64,000 nt of DNA from Polyangiaceae bacterium (GCA_965222375.1 CBDCTZ010000014.1:640001-704000); one strand, 5' to 3'; positions 50,149 to 60,191 are shown, numbered from the stretch's first letter. Numbers and translations: made by a program. The notes: generated by a model from the sequence alone, not told the origin.

Positions 50149-50994
50149 TCAGCCTCGGGTCCACTCCTCGCTGCGCTTCCAGAGCTCGCTGGCAAGGGCT
50201 TCGTCGCTTCCCGCCCGACTGGTTCGTCGCGGGCGGCACTCATCATAGTAGAGCCCACTCTCGGTCTCGAGCTCCGGCGCGGTTGCGCAATGCAGCGTGG
50301 TCTGAGCGCCTTCTTCGTTCGAGATCATGAACAGCTTCACGACCGGACGAAACAGTCCGGGGATCCGCCGCCAGATGTCCGAGGCGACAACGCCCGGGTG
50401 CAGGGCGTAGGTCGTGACGCCCGTGCCACGCGTTCGCCGCGCGAGCTCTGCAGAGAACAGGACGTTCGCGAGCTTGGAGACGGCGTACTCTGGGAACGCC
50501 GTGTAGGTGCGGCTCGGCTGCTGGAGTGAGTCGAAGTCGATGCCCTTGGTGCGCTTGTGGGCGCGACTGGCGACGGTGACGATCCGCGAGGGAGCGGACT
50601 GCTTCAGGCGATCCAAAAGCAGCGATGTGAGCAGGAAGTGACCCAGGTGGTTGGTGCCGAATGCCAATTCGAAGCCGTCTTGCGTGACTCCACGCAGGGC
50701 GGCGATTCCGGCGTTGTTGATCAACACGTGCAGTGGCTCGTCTAGCGCCAAGACTTCTTCTGCCGCGCGGCGCACCGATGCCAGGGAAGCGAGGTCGAGC
50801 TGAATGAATTTGGCGCCACCGGCGCCGGAGACCGTCTCGAGTTCGTCCAGGAGCGGCTGGGTCTTTTCCGCGTTGCGGTTGAGGAGCAGGAGTCTCGCTC
50901 CGCGACGGGCCAGCTCCACCGCGGTCACGCGGCCAATTCCCGCCGTCGCACCGGTGATGGCGATGACGCGATCAGTGAGGTCTTGCTCGGGCAT
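50149..50994 (-). CDS. SDR oxidoreductase (retinol dehydrogenase-like)
   Basis: TGATAGIG, NNAG, NHLGHF, YAVSK, HPGVV. Confidence 0.93.
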   Translation of the reverse strand: MPEQDLTDRVIAITGATAGIGRVTAVELARRGARLLLLNRNAEKTQPLLDELETVSGAGGAKFIQLDLASLASVRRAAEEVLALDEPLHVLINNAGIAALRGVTQDGFELAFGTNHLGHFLLTSLLLDRLKQSAPSRIVTVASRAHKRTKGIDFDSLQQPSRTYTAFPEYAVSKLANVLFSAELARRTRGTGVTTYALHPGVVASDIWRRIPGLFRPVVKLFMISNEEGAQTTLHCATAPELETESGLYYDECRPRRTSRAGSDEALASELWKRSEEWTRG

Positions 50995-51026
50995 GCCGAG
51001 TACTATTCCTCAAAGGCGGGAGGATT

Positions 51027-52931
51027 TCAGCACTCGTAGACTTCCCACTCCCAAATCACCGGGTTCTGGTTCCAGCTGCAGGATTGCCCGGCGTGAATCG
51101 CGTACAAGCGGATCTGCGTCGTGGTCACCGGTGTCGGGAAGGTGAACTCCCAGTCGCCACTCTTCCCGTTCACAGTGCCTGCGGTGACCCAGGAGGAGCC
51201 ACTCCAGTATTGAATCGTCGCTCCCTCGACATTGCGGCTGCACGACCCAACGCTACAAGACGTCTGAGTCGCCGTGGCCGTATCGATCTTGATGCGCCCG
51301 ACCTTCTTCGCACTCGTCCAGGTGTACCGGGCCCAGGCCGTACCGGGCGTGCTCGTCGCCGTGATCCAGCAATAAGTCGTGGTGGCACACTGGGCCTCGG
51401 TCAGCCCGTCGTTGAAGCGGTCGCCGCCGTAGGTGCCCGTGCCGCCACCGCTGGTCGTGCCCGTGGCGGACAGCGCGTGGTTGACACTCGGGTTACAGGT
51501 GCTGACGCAACTGCCGCTTTGGCAGGCTTGGTTGACGCTGCATTGCTTGCCGCAAATGCCACAGTTGTTGGGGTCATTCTGCAGGTTGACGCATTGCCCG
51601 GAGCAATTGGTGGTGCCGCCGCCGCAGACCAGGGTGCATACGCTGTTCTGGCAACTCTGCCCTGAGGGGCACTTCTTGCCGCAGACGCCGCAATTGTTGG
51701 GGTCGGTCTTGGTGTCGACGCATTGGTTGCTGCAGTTGGTGGTTCCACCGCTGCAGACCAGGGTGCACGTCCCGTTGATGCAGCTCTGTCCGGTCGTGCA
51801 CTTCTTGTTGCACGTGCCGCAGTTATTGGGGTCGGTTTTGGTATCGACGCATTGGTTGTTGCACTTCGTTGTGCCTCCACCGCAGACTAGCTGGCACGCG
51901 CCGCCAAGGCATTGTTGCCCTGCGGAACACGGTTTATTGCAGCCGCTGCAGTGCGCGGGATCTGCATCCGTGTCGACGCACTTGTTTCCGCACTTGGTCA
52001 GCCCGCCGGAGCACACCAGGGTGCACTTACCGGCAGAGCAGCTCTCCCCCGGGGCGCAAGCCTTGGCGCAGGCGCCGCAATGGAAGGGATCGAGCTGAGT
52101 GTCGACACACTTGTTGCTGCAGTTGGTGGTACCGCCGGCGCAGGACAAGGCGCAGCCACCATTGGTGCACACCTCTCCGGTCTTGCACGCTTTGCCGCAA
52201 GTGCCGCAGTTGTTGGGGTCGACTTTCACGTCGACGCATTTGTTGCTGCAGTTGGTGGTGCCACCCAGGCACTGCAACGTGCACCCGCCCAAAGAGCACA
52301 CCTCGCCAATGGCCACGGAGCACGGTTTGTTACACGCGCCGCAGTGGTCCGGATCGACTTGGGTGTCGACGCATTGATTGTTGCAGCTGGTCAGCCCACC
52401 GGTACAGTTCACGGCGCACTGGCCTTGGTTGCAGACTTCCGCGGTCCCGCAGATGGTGCCACACTTGCCGCAATTGCCGGGATCTTGCTGGAGGTCGACG
52501 CATTGTCCGCCGCAGTTGGTCTCGCCGGGCTGACAAGTGGCCTGGCAGCTGCCCGCGGCGCAGACCTGGCCCGAGGGACAGGCGTTGTCGCAGGCGCCAC
52601 AGTGTTCCGGGCTGGACTGCGTGTCTACGCACTTGCCTCCGCATTCCAGGGTGCTGCCGGTGCAACCCGTGGAGCAGGAGCCGTTTGAGCAGAGTTGCCC
52701 GGCCAAGCAGGCGTTGCCGCAGCTACCACAATTCCTCGCATCGCTTTGGGTATCGACACAATTGCTGCCGCAGCTGGTTTGGGGAGGGACGCAGCTTCCG
52801 GTTCCCCCCGAGCCTCCGGTGCCGCTAGCACCTGCGGTACCCGGGGAGCTGCCGCTGTCTGCGGCACAACCCGCAAAGCCAATGGTCAACAGTAGAGAAG
52901 CGACCCAGGCGAAGCATTTGAAAAGGCGCAT
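51027..52931 (-). CDS. Cys-rich repeat lipoprotein with discoidin-like domain, paralog 2
   Basis: FAGC lipobox; collinear with 46583-48457. Confidence 0.88.
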   Translation of the reverse strand: MRLFKCFAWVASLLLTIGFAGCAADSGSSPGTAGASGTGGSGGTGSCVPPQTSCGSNCVDTQSDARNCGSCGNACLAGQLCSNGSCSTGCTGSTLECGGKCVDTQSSPEHCGACDNACPSGQVCAAGSCQATCQPGETNCGGQCVDLQQDPGNCGKCGTICGTAEVCNQGQCAVNCTGGLTSCNNQCVDTQVDPDHCGACNKPCSVAIGEVCSLGGCTLQCLGGTTNCSNKCVDVKVDPNNCGTCGKACKTGEVCTNGGCALSCAGGTTNCSNKCVDTQLDPFHCGACAKACAPGESCSAGKCTLVCSGGLTKCGNKCVDTDADPAHCSGCNKPCSAGQQCLGGACQLVCGGGTTKCNNQCVDTKTDPNNCGTCNKKCTTGQSCINGTCTLVCSGGTTNCSNQCVDTKTDPNNCGVCGKKCPSGQSCQNSVCTLVCGGGTTNCSGQCVNLQNDPNNCGICGKQCSVNQACQSGSCVSTCNPSVNHALSATGTTSGGGTGTYGGDRFNDGLTEAQCATTTYCWITATSTPGTAWARYTWTSAKKVGRIKIDTATATQTSCSVGSCSRNVEGATIQYWSGSSWVTAGTVNGKSGDWEFTFPTPVTTTQIRLYAIHAGQSCSWNQNPVIWEWEVYEC

Positions 52932-52977
52932 GAGCTACAGAGTAGCTCGAACTCGACGTCATAGCGATTGTGTGCAC

Positions 52978-53292
52978 CTACCGGTCGGGCGGTGTGCTCG
53001 GTGGTGCGACACCCACGGCAGAGCTTGCTTCGTCCAGCAGTCGGAGCAGCAAGGTCTCGTCACGACGCATCATTGCGATCTTCAGAAGGCGTGCGCGCGC
53101 GTCATCCGCGGGCATGTCCGAGAGTAGGAGCTTGGCGCGGCGGAGGAGAACCACGAGACGCTGCGGCGCGGACTGGGGCGGGGGTCGCGAGCCGCTCTCG
53201 ACTTTCTCGCGGACGCAGGAGCGCTCGTCCGACAGCTCTGCATCTGCGATCGGCTCAGACGGCGGGGGGGTTTTGGGGGCGTTACCAGTCAT
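52978..53292 (-). CDS. Small hypothetical protein
   Basis: Amphipathic helices LLRRAKLLL..RARLLKIAMMRRDETLL. Confidence 0.45.
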   Translation of the reverse strand: MTGNAPKTPPPSEPIADAELSDERSCVREKVESGSRPPPQSAPQRLVVLLRRAKLLLSDMPADDARARLLKIAMMRRDETLLLRLLDEASSAVGVAPPSTPPDR

Positions 53293-53591
53293 GCTTTCTC
53301 GTCAACGTGTGAAGTGCACGAAGCGTTCCCAGCCAATACGTGCGAGTGGCCTCCAGGGATCTGAAGACCCTGAATTTCCACGAGTTTTGCTGCTTTTCGC
53401 CGGATCCGGCGGGACGGAGCCCGGATATGTGCGCCGAATTGCCCGACTCTGGAGGCGCTCGGCCCCGCAGCTTTTTCATAGCGCCCAAGTGCGAAGGACA
53501 TTTCGCAAGGGACAGCTCCGTTGCCAATCCGCCCACAGGTCCCTACAGTTTCGCCCGGATTGGGGCATGGGCCCTCAGTCCACGCCGAGCC

Positions 53592-54191
53592 ATGTTGCGC
53601 CCGACTCCAGATTCGCCTCGCATGTTCGAGAGCGACTTCTTTGATTTCTTCTCGCGAACTCATCCGCTCGTCGTACCGGTACTGTTTGTACCGGCCGTCG
53701 TGACATTGCTTTGGTACGGCATAGCGTGTGCTGGTGTCGGCATTGCGCTGTCCCTGCTGCTCTTCGCAGGTGGCGCCATCGTCTGGAGCTTGACCGAGTA
53801 CTGGCTCCACCGCACTTTCTTCCACTGGATCCCCAAAGTGAGTTGGGGTGAGCGCATGCACTTTCTCGTGCACGGCGTGCATCACACGTGGCCCCGGGAC
53901 AAGTACCGTCTCGTGATGCCGCCGGCGGTGAGCATCACGCTCTTCTTCACCTTCTTCGGTGTCTTCTACCTGGCGCTGGGTACGACCTACGTGTGGCCGT
54001 TTCACGCGGGCTTCAGTCTTGGCTACATGGCCTACGACTTGACCCACTACTACATCCACCACTACAACCCGCGCTCAAAGTACGGACTTTTGCTGAAGAA
54101 GCACCACATGCTGCACCATCACAAGTACCCGAACGCGAAATTTGGGGTGTCCAGCATGTTCTGGGACGGCGTTTTCGGTACGAAAGGCTGA
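53592..54191 (+). CDS. Fatty acid hydroxylase / sterol desaturase family protein
   Basis: His boxes EYWLHRTFFH, HGVHH, HYYIHH, HHMLHH. Confidence 0.92.
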   Translation: MLRPTPDSPRMFESDFFDFFSRTHPLVVPVLFVPAVVTLLWYGIACAGVGIALSLLLFAGGAIVWSLTEYWLHRTFFHWIPKVSWGERMHFLVHGVHHTWPRDKYRLVMPPAVSITLFFTFFGVFYLALGTTYVWPFHAGFSLGYMAYDLTHYYIHHYNPRSKYGLLLKKHHMLHHHKYPNAKFGVSSMFWDGVFGTKG

Positions 54192-54194
54192 GCC

Positions 54195-54536
54195 ATGTCG
54201 GACGCTGGCGAGATTGAGCGCCCAGAGTACGTCTTGCCTGTGATTCCCGCAGAGCTGGAGCTGGAGCCGCTGCTGGTCGCGTTGCTCCACACCGTTGCGT
54301 TTCTGGACCTAGCCGACGACGAACTGATGGATCCCGAGGCCGCTGGCGATGCGCTGGAACACGTCGGAATGTACGTGCAGCGCCTGCCCGATGAGCGTCT
54401 CAATGCCATCACTGCGGACCTGGAAAAGCTAGATGCTCATGCGCAGAGCGCGGGCTGGAGCGACGCCCAGCGCGAAGTGGTGCGGGACTTTCTCTACAGT
54501 TGCGGGATTGGCGACGACCGAGACGACGACGGTTGA
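54195..54536 (+). CDS. Hypothetical acidic protein
   Basis: 113-aa ORF starting 3 bp after the hydroxylase stop. Confidence 0.65.
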   Translation: MSDAGEIERPEYVLPVIPAELELEPLLVALLHTVAFLDLADDELMDPEAAGDALEHVGMYVQRLPDERLNAITADLEKLDAHAQSAGWSDAQREVVRDFLYSCGIGDDRDDDG

Positions 54537-54629
54537 GGGTCAGTTGGTTTCGGCGCGCCCTGCGTCTCTGATGCATCCGCTACGCTCCGGCCATGACCGA
54601 GCAGGGCACCATACACACGGCCACAGGTC

Positions 54630-54827
54630 TTCGAGCTGGACCCGGAGGCTGCCAAAGCCCTCGAAGACGAGGTGTTCCGTTGGATTGGGCGCCAGCCCGA
54701 TGCGACTGAGGGCGTCGAGTCCTTCCTCGAAAAGCGCGCGCCTCGGTGGAAGATGACCAAATCCGCCGAGCTTCCAACCCAGCTGCGTGATCGATTGGGC
54801 CAATCTCCCACTGAGACCCAAGGCTGA
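54630..54827 (+). pseudogene. Enoyl-CoA hydratase C-terminal remnant
   Basis: Manual translation ALEDEVFRWIGRQPDATEGVESFLEKRAPRW; no N-terminal part. Confidence 0.6.
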
Positions 54828-54903
54828 CGACCGCGGCACGGGTTGCGTGACCGGTGGAGAAGGGGGCGCGACGATTCTCCGGGTCGCGCCGTCGCCACCG
54901 GCA

Positions 54904-56085
54904 CTACTTGCCCTTGCCCAGGCCGATTCCCTGCATCAAGTCGGAAGCTTTCGCTTTCTTGGGCACGTACTTCTTCCTCGGCGCCTTCTGTTGCGGAGCG
55001 GATTGGGGTGGCGGTTGTTGCAGAGCGGTCTGCGGCGGCGTTGGCTTCTGTGCCGTGACCGGAGGCGGCACGTCTGGGAAGGCCTGGATGGAGCCCTTCT
55101 CCGGCGTCGAGTCCTTGTTCAGAGGCGGGTTCAACTTCGAGGTCGGGCCAGGTGGCGGCAGGTACTGGGTCTTGCCTTTCGGGAGAGGCGCCTTCGGCGC
55201 TTCTTGCTGTTGCGGCGCCTTCTGCTGCTGCTGATCGTCATTAGGCGCGGGGTCCGGCGGAACCACGTTGGGCAGCGGTCCACTCTTGCCCTTGCCCTTG
55301 CTGCTTTGAGCCTTGGCCCGTGCGGCCCCAACCCGAGGCGTGGAATCCCCAGCGGGATCGAGCTGCTTCGCTTCATCGAGACCACGCAGGCAGTCGTCCC
55401 ACAGCGCGTTGTCGCATTTGTCTAGTGCGCGCTCGCGGATCTCTCGGGCGCGCTCGAGGGCGTTGGGCACCTTCTCTCGGGCGATGTCGTCTCCGCCCGG
55501 CGCGGCTTTGCGCAGTACGAACCACGCCGCCAACACCACTGCCGCCAGCAATGCCGCTGCCGCCAGCTGGGCGGCCCAGCGGGTGCGGAAGTGCTTGCGC
55601 ATGCGGCTCACGCGCTGCCGCACTCGCGGCGCAGGCAACTCGGCTTCACCGGCGATGTGCTCTAGCTTCTCTCCGTCGCCCTCCCGGAGCATCCATTCCA
55701 ATGTGTCCTTCGCGTCCGAGTTGGGCGGCAATTCGTCTTCGGCCCAGCGCAGCAAATCTCGAGCACTCGCCGGGGAACTCTCTGCGGCGACTTCGTGGTT
55801 TTCGGGTTCGGAAAGCTGCTCGCGCTTCCCGCGGCGGTAGTGATCGACGATCTTGTTTCGGGCGATTCGATGCACCCAGCGCCGGACCTCTTCTGGGTCG
55901 TCTGGGCCGCGCTCTGCCGCCAGAGCGTCGGTCAGGGTGGCCTGAACGACGTCGTCTGCCTCGTGCTCCGACACCCTTCGTCGCGCATAACGCAGCAAAT
56001 CCCGATGCAATGCCGGGTCCGACAATGCCTGGTGACGGGCGCTGGTTGTGGGGGCAAGATCAGCCATGGACAGAGCGGTGTTCAT
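54904..56085 (-). CDS. ECF sigma-70 factor with TM helix and Pro-rich C-terminal extension
   Basis: Sigma2 ADDVVQ..WVHRIARNKIVDHYRR; sigma4 LEHIA..VRQRVSR; hydrophobic LAAAALLAAVVLAAWFVL. Confidence 0.85.
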   Translation of the reverse strand: MNTALSMADLAPTTSARHQALSDPALHRDLLRYARRRVSEHEADDVVQATLTDALAAERGPDDPEEVRRWVHRIARNKIVDHYRRGKREQLSEPENHEVAAESSPASARDLLRWAEDELPPNSDAKDTLEWMLREGDGEKLEHIAGEAELPAPRVRQRVSRMRKHFRTRWAAQLAAAALLAAVVLAAWFVLRKAAPGGDDIAREKVPNALERAREIRERALDKCDNALWDDCLRGLDEAKQLDPAGDSTPRVGAARAKAQSSKGKGKSGPLPNVVPPDPAPNDDQQQQKAPQQQEAPKAPLPKGKTQYLPPPGPTSKLNPPLNKDSTPEKGSIQAFPDVPPPVTAQKPTPPQTALQQPPPQSAPQQKAPRKKYVPKKAKASDLMQGIGLGKGK

Positions 56086-56096
56086 CTAAAAGGCAC

Positions 56097-56123
56097 ATCG
56101 CCTTCACCCGACAGAGTGTGACA
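56097..56123 (-). promoter_or_regulatory. Putative ECF-type promoter upstream of the sigma gene
   Basis: TGTCACA-N16-CGAT just upstream of the ATG, similar to TGTCACA-N16-CGTC ECF41-type promoters. Confidence 0.35.
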
Positions 56124-56187
56124 GCGTGCAGGAAGATTTTGTTTCAGCTTCAATGATTCCGGGCAATTACGCGGGCGTTTCAAGGCT

Positions 56188-56904
56188 TTGGGCGTGGTCG
56201 GAGCCGATCCGGTGAAGGCCCCGCCGACGAAGCTCGGGCGAAAGGTCCGTGCCGCTCTCAAAGGCCAGCGGGACCCGGCTCGGGCGCCGGAGATGCAGGC
56301 CTACATGAAGTCGGAAATGCCCTACCTGGGTGTTTCTGCCCCCCTTCGCCGCCGCTGTGTTCGGTCTTCGTGTCGAGGCAGCCCCATCTCCTCTCAGAAA
56401 CAGTTCAAGGCCACAATCTTGGATCTGTGGCGCAACGCGAAGTTTCGGGAGGAGCGCTACGCCGCTGTCGACGTTCTTGTCGACAAGAAGAACGCCGATT
56501 TCCTCGACCTCGCCCTGTTGCCCACCGTAGAGGAGATGATCGTCAGCGGCGCGTGGTGGGATTACGTGGATCCGCTCGCGTCCCACGCCATCGGCCGTCT
56601 ACTGAGCGCGCACCCCGGGCGCATGCGCCGCAAGTTGCTGTCCTGGAGCAAGGGCAAGAACATCTGGAAGCGACGCACTGCGATCCTGTCACAGCTGAGC
56701 TTCGGCACAGAGACCGACGACGAGTTCCTGCTCGCCTGCATCGAGCCGAGTTTGCAAGAGAAGGAGTTTTTCCTGCAAAAGGCGATCGGATGGGCCTTGC
56801 GCCAACGCGCTTGGTCAAAGCCAGCAGTCACTCGACGGCTGGTTCGCAAGCTCGGCGCACAGCTGAGCCCGCTGGCGCGCCGAGAAGCGCTCAAGAACCT
56901 GTGA
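56188..56904 (+). CDS. DNA alkylation repair protein (AlkD-like)
   Basis: MQAYMKS, REERY, WWDYVD, W.RR, EFFLQKAIGWALR. Confidence 0.9.
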   Translation: MGVVGADPVKAPPTKLGRKVRAALKGQRDPARAPEMQAYMKSEMPYLGVSAPLRRRCVRSSCRGSPISSQKQFKATILDLWRNAKFREERYAAVDVLVDKKNADFLDLALLPTVEEMIVSGAWWDYVDPLASHAIGRLLSAHPGRMRRKLLSWSKGKNIWKRRTAILSQLSFGTETDDEFLLACIEPSLQEKEFFLQKAIGWALRQRAWSKPAVTRRLVRKLGAQLSPLARREALKNL

Positions 56905-56943
56905 ACGGGTTCGCGGCGCGCCCTGGTTCTGGCGCTGAGCTGC

Positions 56944-57723
56944 TCAAGTGCCGGCGTCGTTGATGCACTTCGTGTACGCCGTGAAATCGGCGCCGCAGCC
57001 CGGAGCGACGGCAAAGCCAAGCACACAGCTGAACGTCTTGGGGGTTGCGCAGTTCAGGAATGTAGTCCACTCGCCATCGCAGCCCGTACCGGTGGCACCG
57101 AGCCACTTGCAGTTGGACTCGCATTCGTCCTTCGTGCCGTTGCCCGGGCAGTTCGCGGCGACGACTTTGTCGCAGTAGTCGGAACAAGGTTTCACGATCG
57201 CCGGATTGGGGTTTTCTTTCACTGCGCAGTTGATGGCTTTCAGGTAGTCGACGCCGCAACCCTTCGCGACCGGGTCGCCGGCTGCGTTGCAGGTCACGCC
57301 ATTCTTTTTGACGCAGGCCATGTACGCCAACCCCGTGGGGTCACAGGTAGCCGCTGACGTGAGCCGCTTGCAGGTCAGCAAGCAGCCCTTCATGGTTGGG
57401 CCTTTGCTGCAGGCCGCACCGGTAATCGCCGCGCACAAGTCGTTGCAGCCTGCGTTGGCGCCGCCGCTCCCTGCAGAGCCGCCAGCACCCCCGCTCCCGG
57501 CAGCACCGGAGGTGCCCCCGGAGCCCGAAGCTCCGGCGCTTCCCGAAGACCCCGCGGAGCCCGCAGACCCCGAGGCCCCACCGGCACCTGCGCTGGCTCC
57601 GCTTCCGGATGCCCCCGCGCTTCCGGAGGTGCCGCCGCTTCCGCCCGAAGTCGAGCTCTCACTGCTGCAGGCAGCCACGATGGCCATCAATCCGCCAGTC
57701 AGAAGAAGTGAGCGCTTTCTCAT
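56944..57723 (-). CDS. Cys-rich lipoprotein
   Basis: VAAC lipobox, Gly/Ser linker, Cys-rich domains. Confidence 0.8.
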   Translation of the reverse strand: MRKRSLLLTGGLMAIVAACSSESSTSGGSGGTSGSAGASGSGASAGAGGASGSAGSAGSSGSAGASGSGGTSGAAGSGGAGGSAGSGGANAGCNDLCAAITGAACSKGPTMKGCLLTCKRLTSAATCDPTGLAYMACVKKNGVTCNAAGDPVAKGCGVDYLKAINCAVKENPNPAIVKPCSDYCDKVVAANCPGNGTKDECESNCKWLGATGTGCDGEWTTFLNCATPKTFSCVLGFAVAPGCGADFTAYTKCINDAGT

Positions 57724-57798
57724 AAGTCGAACCTCCGCTAAGGCTCTCAGCGTATCACGACGTCTGCCACCGGCACCCTTTCCCATCCCGAGCTTTGC

Positions 57799-59076
57799 AT
57801 GGCCAAAACTGGACCCGAGCCACCCTGGACCATCGAACGCATCGTGCCCGGTGGCGAAGGACTCGCCCGGCTACACGACGGGCGAGTGGGTTTCGCGGCC
57901 GGTACGGCACCCGGCGACGTGATCAGCGTCAGCCGCATGCAGTCGAAGAAGAGCTTTGCTCGCGCGCGCAAGTACGAGCTCCTGACGCCTGGTCCCGCGC
58001 GAATCGCGCCCGAGTGCGCGTATGCCAAGAAGTGTGGTGGCTGCGATCTGATGCACCTGTCGCGGGAGGCAGAGCTGGAGGCCAAACGAGGCATTTTGCA
58101 GCAGGCGCTCAAACGCACGGGTGGGTTCCACGACCTCGCCGAAACGCCGCTGGAGGTCCGCAGTGGTGAAGCTGTGGGCTACCGCACGCGCATGCGCGTG
58201 CATGTCGGCCGGAGCGGCAGCATCGGTCTCTACGCGCTGCACAGCCACATGATCGTCGCCATCGACCGTTGCCTGGTGGCGAGTGACGCCCTGAATGCGG
58301 GACTATCGACCTTAGAGGCGGCGGCGCAAGCGCACGACGGGTTGGTGCGCTCGGTGGGTGAAGTCGAGATTCGCGTCGACGAAAGTGACGCCGTGCACTT
58401 TCACGCGGTGGCTCGCCAGGGGGTGGATCCGGCTCAAGCGCAGATCGCCATAGCCTCGGCTCTCGGTCCGGCGTCCACCTCCGTCTTGGGTGCAGGCATG
58501 ACCGGTGAGCATCAGCTGTACTCCCTCACTGACTCCACCAAGCTGCACGCGTCGCCGGCGGCGTTCACCCAAGTGAATTGGGAAGTGAATCGGATGATCA
58601 TCAGCGAGATTTTGTCCGAAGCCAAGGCCCGTCAGTGGGAGCGCTTCGTCGACCTATACTGCGGCGCGGGCAACTTCACGTTGCCGCTACTTGCTGCGGG
58701 GCTCAAGGGCATGGCTGTGGACCGGGACGGTGCGGGCCTGCGCTCGGCGCGACGCGGCGCGACCGTCCAAGGGCTCGACGACAGTGTTTTCGTTGGCGGC
58801 GATGTGATCGATCGCCTTTCTGAGGTTCCGGCGGAGCTCATCCCTGTAGACTTGCTGGTCTTGGATCCGCCTCGAAGTGGCGCGAAGGACGCAATCGATG
58901 CCATCGCGCGGCTTCGTGCAAGCTGGATTGCCTACGTGAGTTGTGATCCGGTGACCTTGGCGAGGGATGCAAAGAGCCTTTCCAATCGTGGGTACTCGGT
59001 GACCTCCGTGCGCGGCTACGACATGTTTCCGCGGACCCATCACTTCGAAACAGTGATGTGGTTGCAGGCGCGTTGA
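57799..59076 (+). CDS. RlmD/TrmA-family RNA m5U methyltransferase
   Basis: TRAM-like start, C.....CGGC Fe-S motif, FTQVN, DLYCGAGNF, DPPRSG, YVSCDP.TLARD, DMFP.T.H.E. Confidence 0.92.
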   Translation: MAKTGPEPPWTIERIVPGGEGLARLHDGRVGFAAGTAPGDVISVSRMQSKKSFARARKYELLTPGPARIAPECAYAKKCGGCDLMHLSREAELEAKRGILQQALKRTGGFHDLAETPLEVRSGEAVGYRTRMRVHVGRSGSIGLYALHSHMIVAIDRCLVASDALNAGLSTLEAAAQAHDGLVRSVGEVEIRVDESDAVHFHAVARQGVDPAQAQIAIASALGPASTSVLGAGMTGEHQLYSLTDSTKLHASPAAFTQVNWEVNRMIISEILSEAKARQWERFVDLYCGAGNFTLPLLAAGLKGMAVDRDGAGLRSARRGATVQGLDDSVFVGGDVIDRLSEVPAELIPVDLLVLDPPRSGAKDAIDAIARLRASWIAYVSCDPVTLARDAKSLSNRGYSVTSVRGYDMFPRTHHFETVMWLQAR

Positions 59077-59079
59077 GCC

Positions 59080-59385
59080 ATGCGGATTGCCGTCCTCGCG
59101 CTGAGCATTGCAATTGCTGGCTGCGGTTCCCGCTCTGGCTTGCCCGCACCTGGCGAGGAACCAAGTTCTACTCAGCCCAATGCCCCGTGTAGCGCCAACG
59201 TCGGCGCGGGCGCCGTCGCACTCGCGAAGCTGGATTCCCAGCCCTCGGCGCTCGTGCCCGCCGGGTCTCATGTGGTGGTGGCGGACTGGGCGTTCACGGG
59301 GAGCATCTATCGCGCCACGAACGGGTGGCGACCCAGTGGCCGCGCTCGGTGTACTCGACGTCGAGGGCAACTTGGCTCATCATGA
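59080..59385 (+). CDS. Short or truncated lipoprotein
   Basis: IAGC lipobox; frame looks degenerate after about 80 aa. Confidence 0.4.
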   Translation: MRIAVLALSIAIAGCGSRSGLPAPGEEPSSTQPNAPCSANVGAGAVALAKLDSQPSALVPAGSHVVVADWAFTGSIYRATNGWRPSGRARCTRRRGQLGSS

Positions 59386-60191
59386 ATGTCATGAGGCGCG
59401 CGGGCACGATTGCGGCATTACTTACGCTGCCCGCGCTCGTGGCGTGCAGCAATGTGCTCGGTTACGACGACGTGTCTTTCAACGACGCAGGTGCCGGTAC
59501 CAGCGGCGCCGCAGCCGGCGGTAACTCGGGCAGTGGCGCGGGAGGTGGCGCGACCGGTGGCGCATCCAGTGGCGGTTCATCGAGCGGCGGCGCATCCAGT
59601 GGCGGTTCATCGAGCGGCGGCGCCCCCAGTGGCGGCGCTTCAAGTGGGGGCGCCTCGAGTGGCGGAACGTCGAGCGGCGGCGCCTCGAGTGGTGGTACCT
59701 CCAGCGGCGGCGCCTCCAGTGGCGGAACGTCGAGCGGCGGCGGTGGGAACGACCCCTTTGCCGCCCAACGCCAAACTTGCGTCGACACGATCAATCAGCT
59801 CCGGGCGACCAAGGGTCTGCCGCCGCTGCAGCGCTGGACTGCTGGGGAAGATTGCGCCGACAAGCAGGCCACCGACGACAATCAGACCGGCAAGCCCCAC
59901 GGCGCGTGGAGTTCGAAGAAGTTCGGCTGCGACGGAGGCTCCGCGCAAAACGAGTGTCTGGGTGGCGCCATCGTCAGCTGTCTCAACAGCATGTGGAACG
60001 AAAAGAACAAGGCGGGTTGCGCAGGCTGTGACCAATGCACAGGCCCTGGAGGCTGCACGGGCTGTGATTTCTATGGAGACAAGACCGGCGACGTCTGTGG
60101 CCACTACGTGAACATGAGCGCGAAGTGGTTCACCAAAGTTGCCTGTGGCTTCAGCTCCGCCGGTAGCTGGGCCGTGCAGAACTATCGTTGA
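59382..60191 (+). CDS. CAP/SCP-like domain lipoprotein
   Basis: LVAC lipobox, GGASS repeats, IN.LRA..GLPPL, AQNEC, GHYVNM. Confidence 0.8.
   Translation: MNVMRRAGTIAALLTLPALVACSNVLGYDDVSFNDAGAGTSGAAAGGNSGSGAGGGATGGASSGGSSSGGASSGGSSSGGAPSGGASSGGASSGGTSSGGASSGGTSSGGASSGGTSSGGGGNDPFAAQRQTCVDTINQLRATKGLPPLQRWTAGEDCADKQATDDNQTGKPHGAWSSKKFGCDGGSAQNECLGGAIVSCLNSMWNEKNKAGCAGCDQCTGPGGCTGCDFYGDKTGDVCGHYVNMSAKWFTKVACGFSSAGSWAVQNYR

Noticed and set aside
59560..59740. 15-bp tandem repeats (also the 18-bp repeats at 14101-14163)
   Set aside because: They encode ordinary Gly/Ser linkers.
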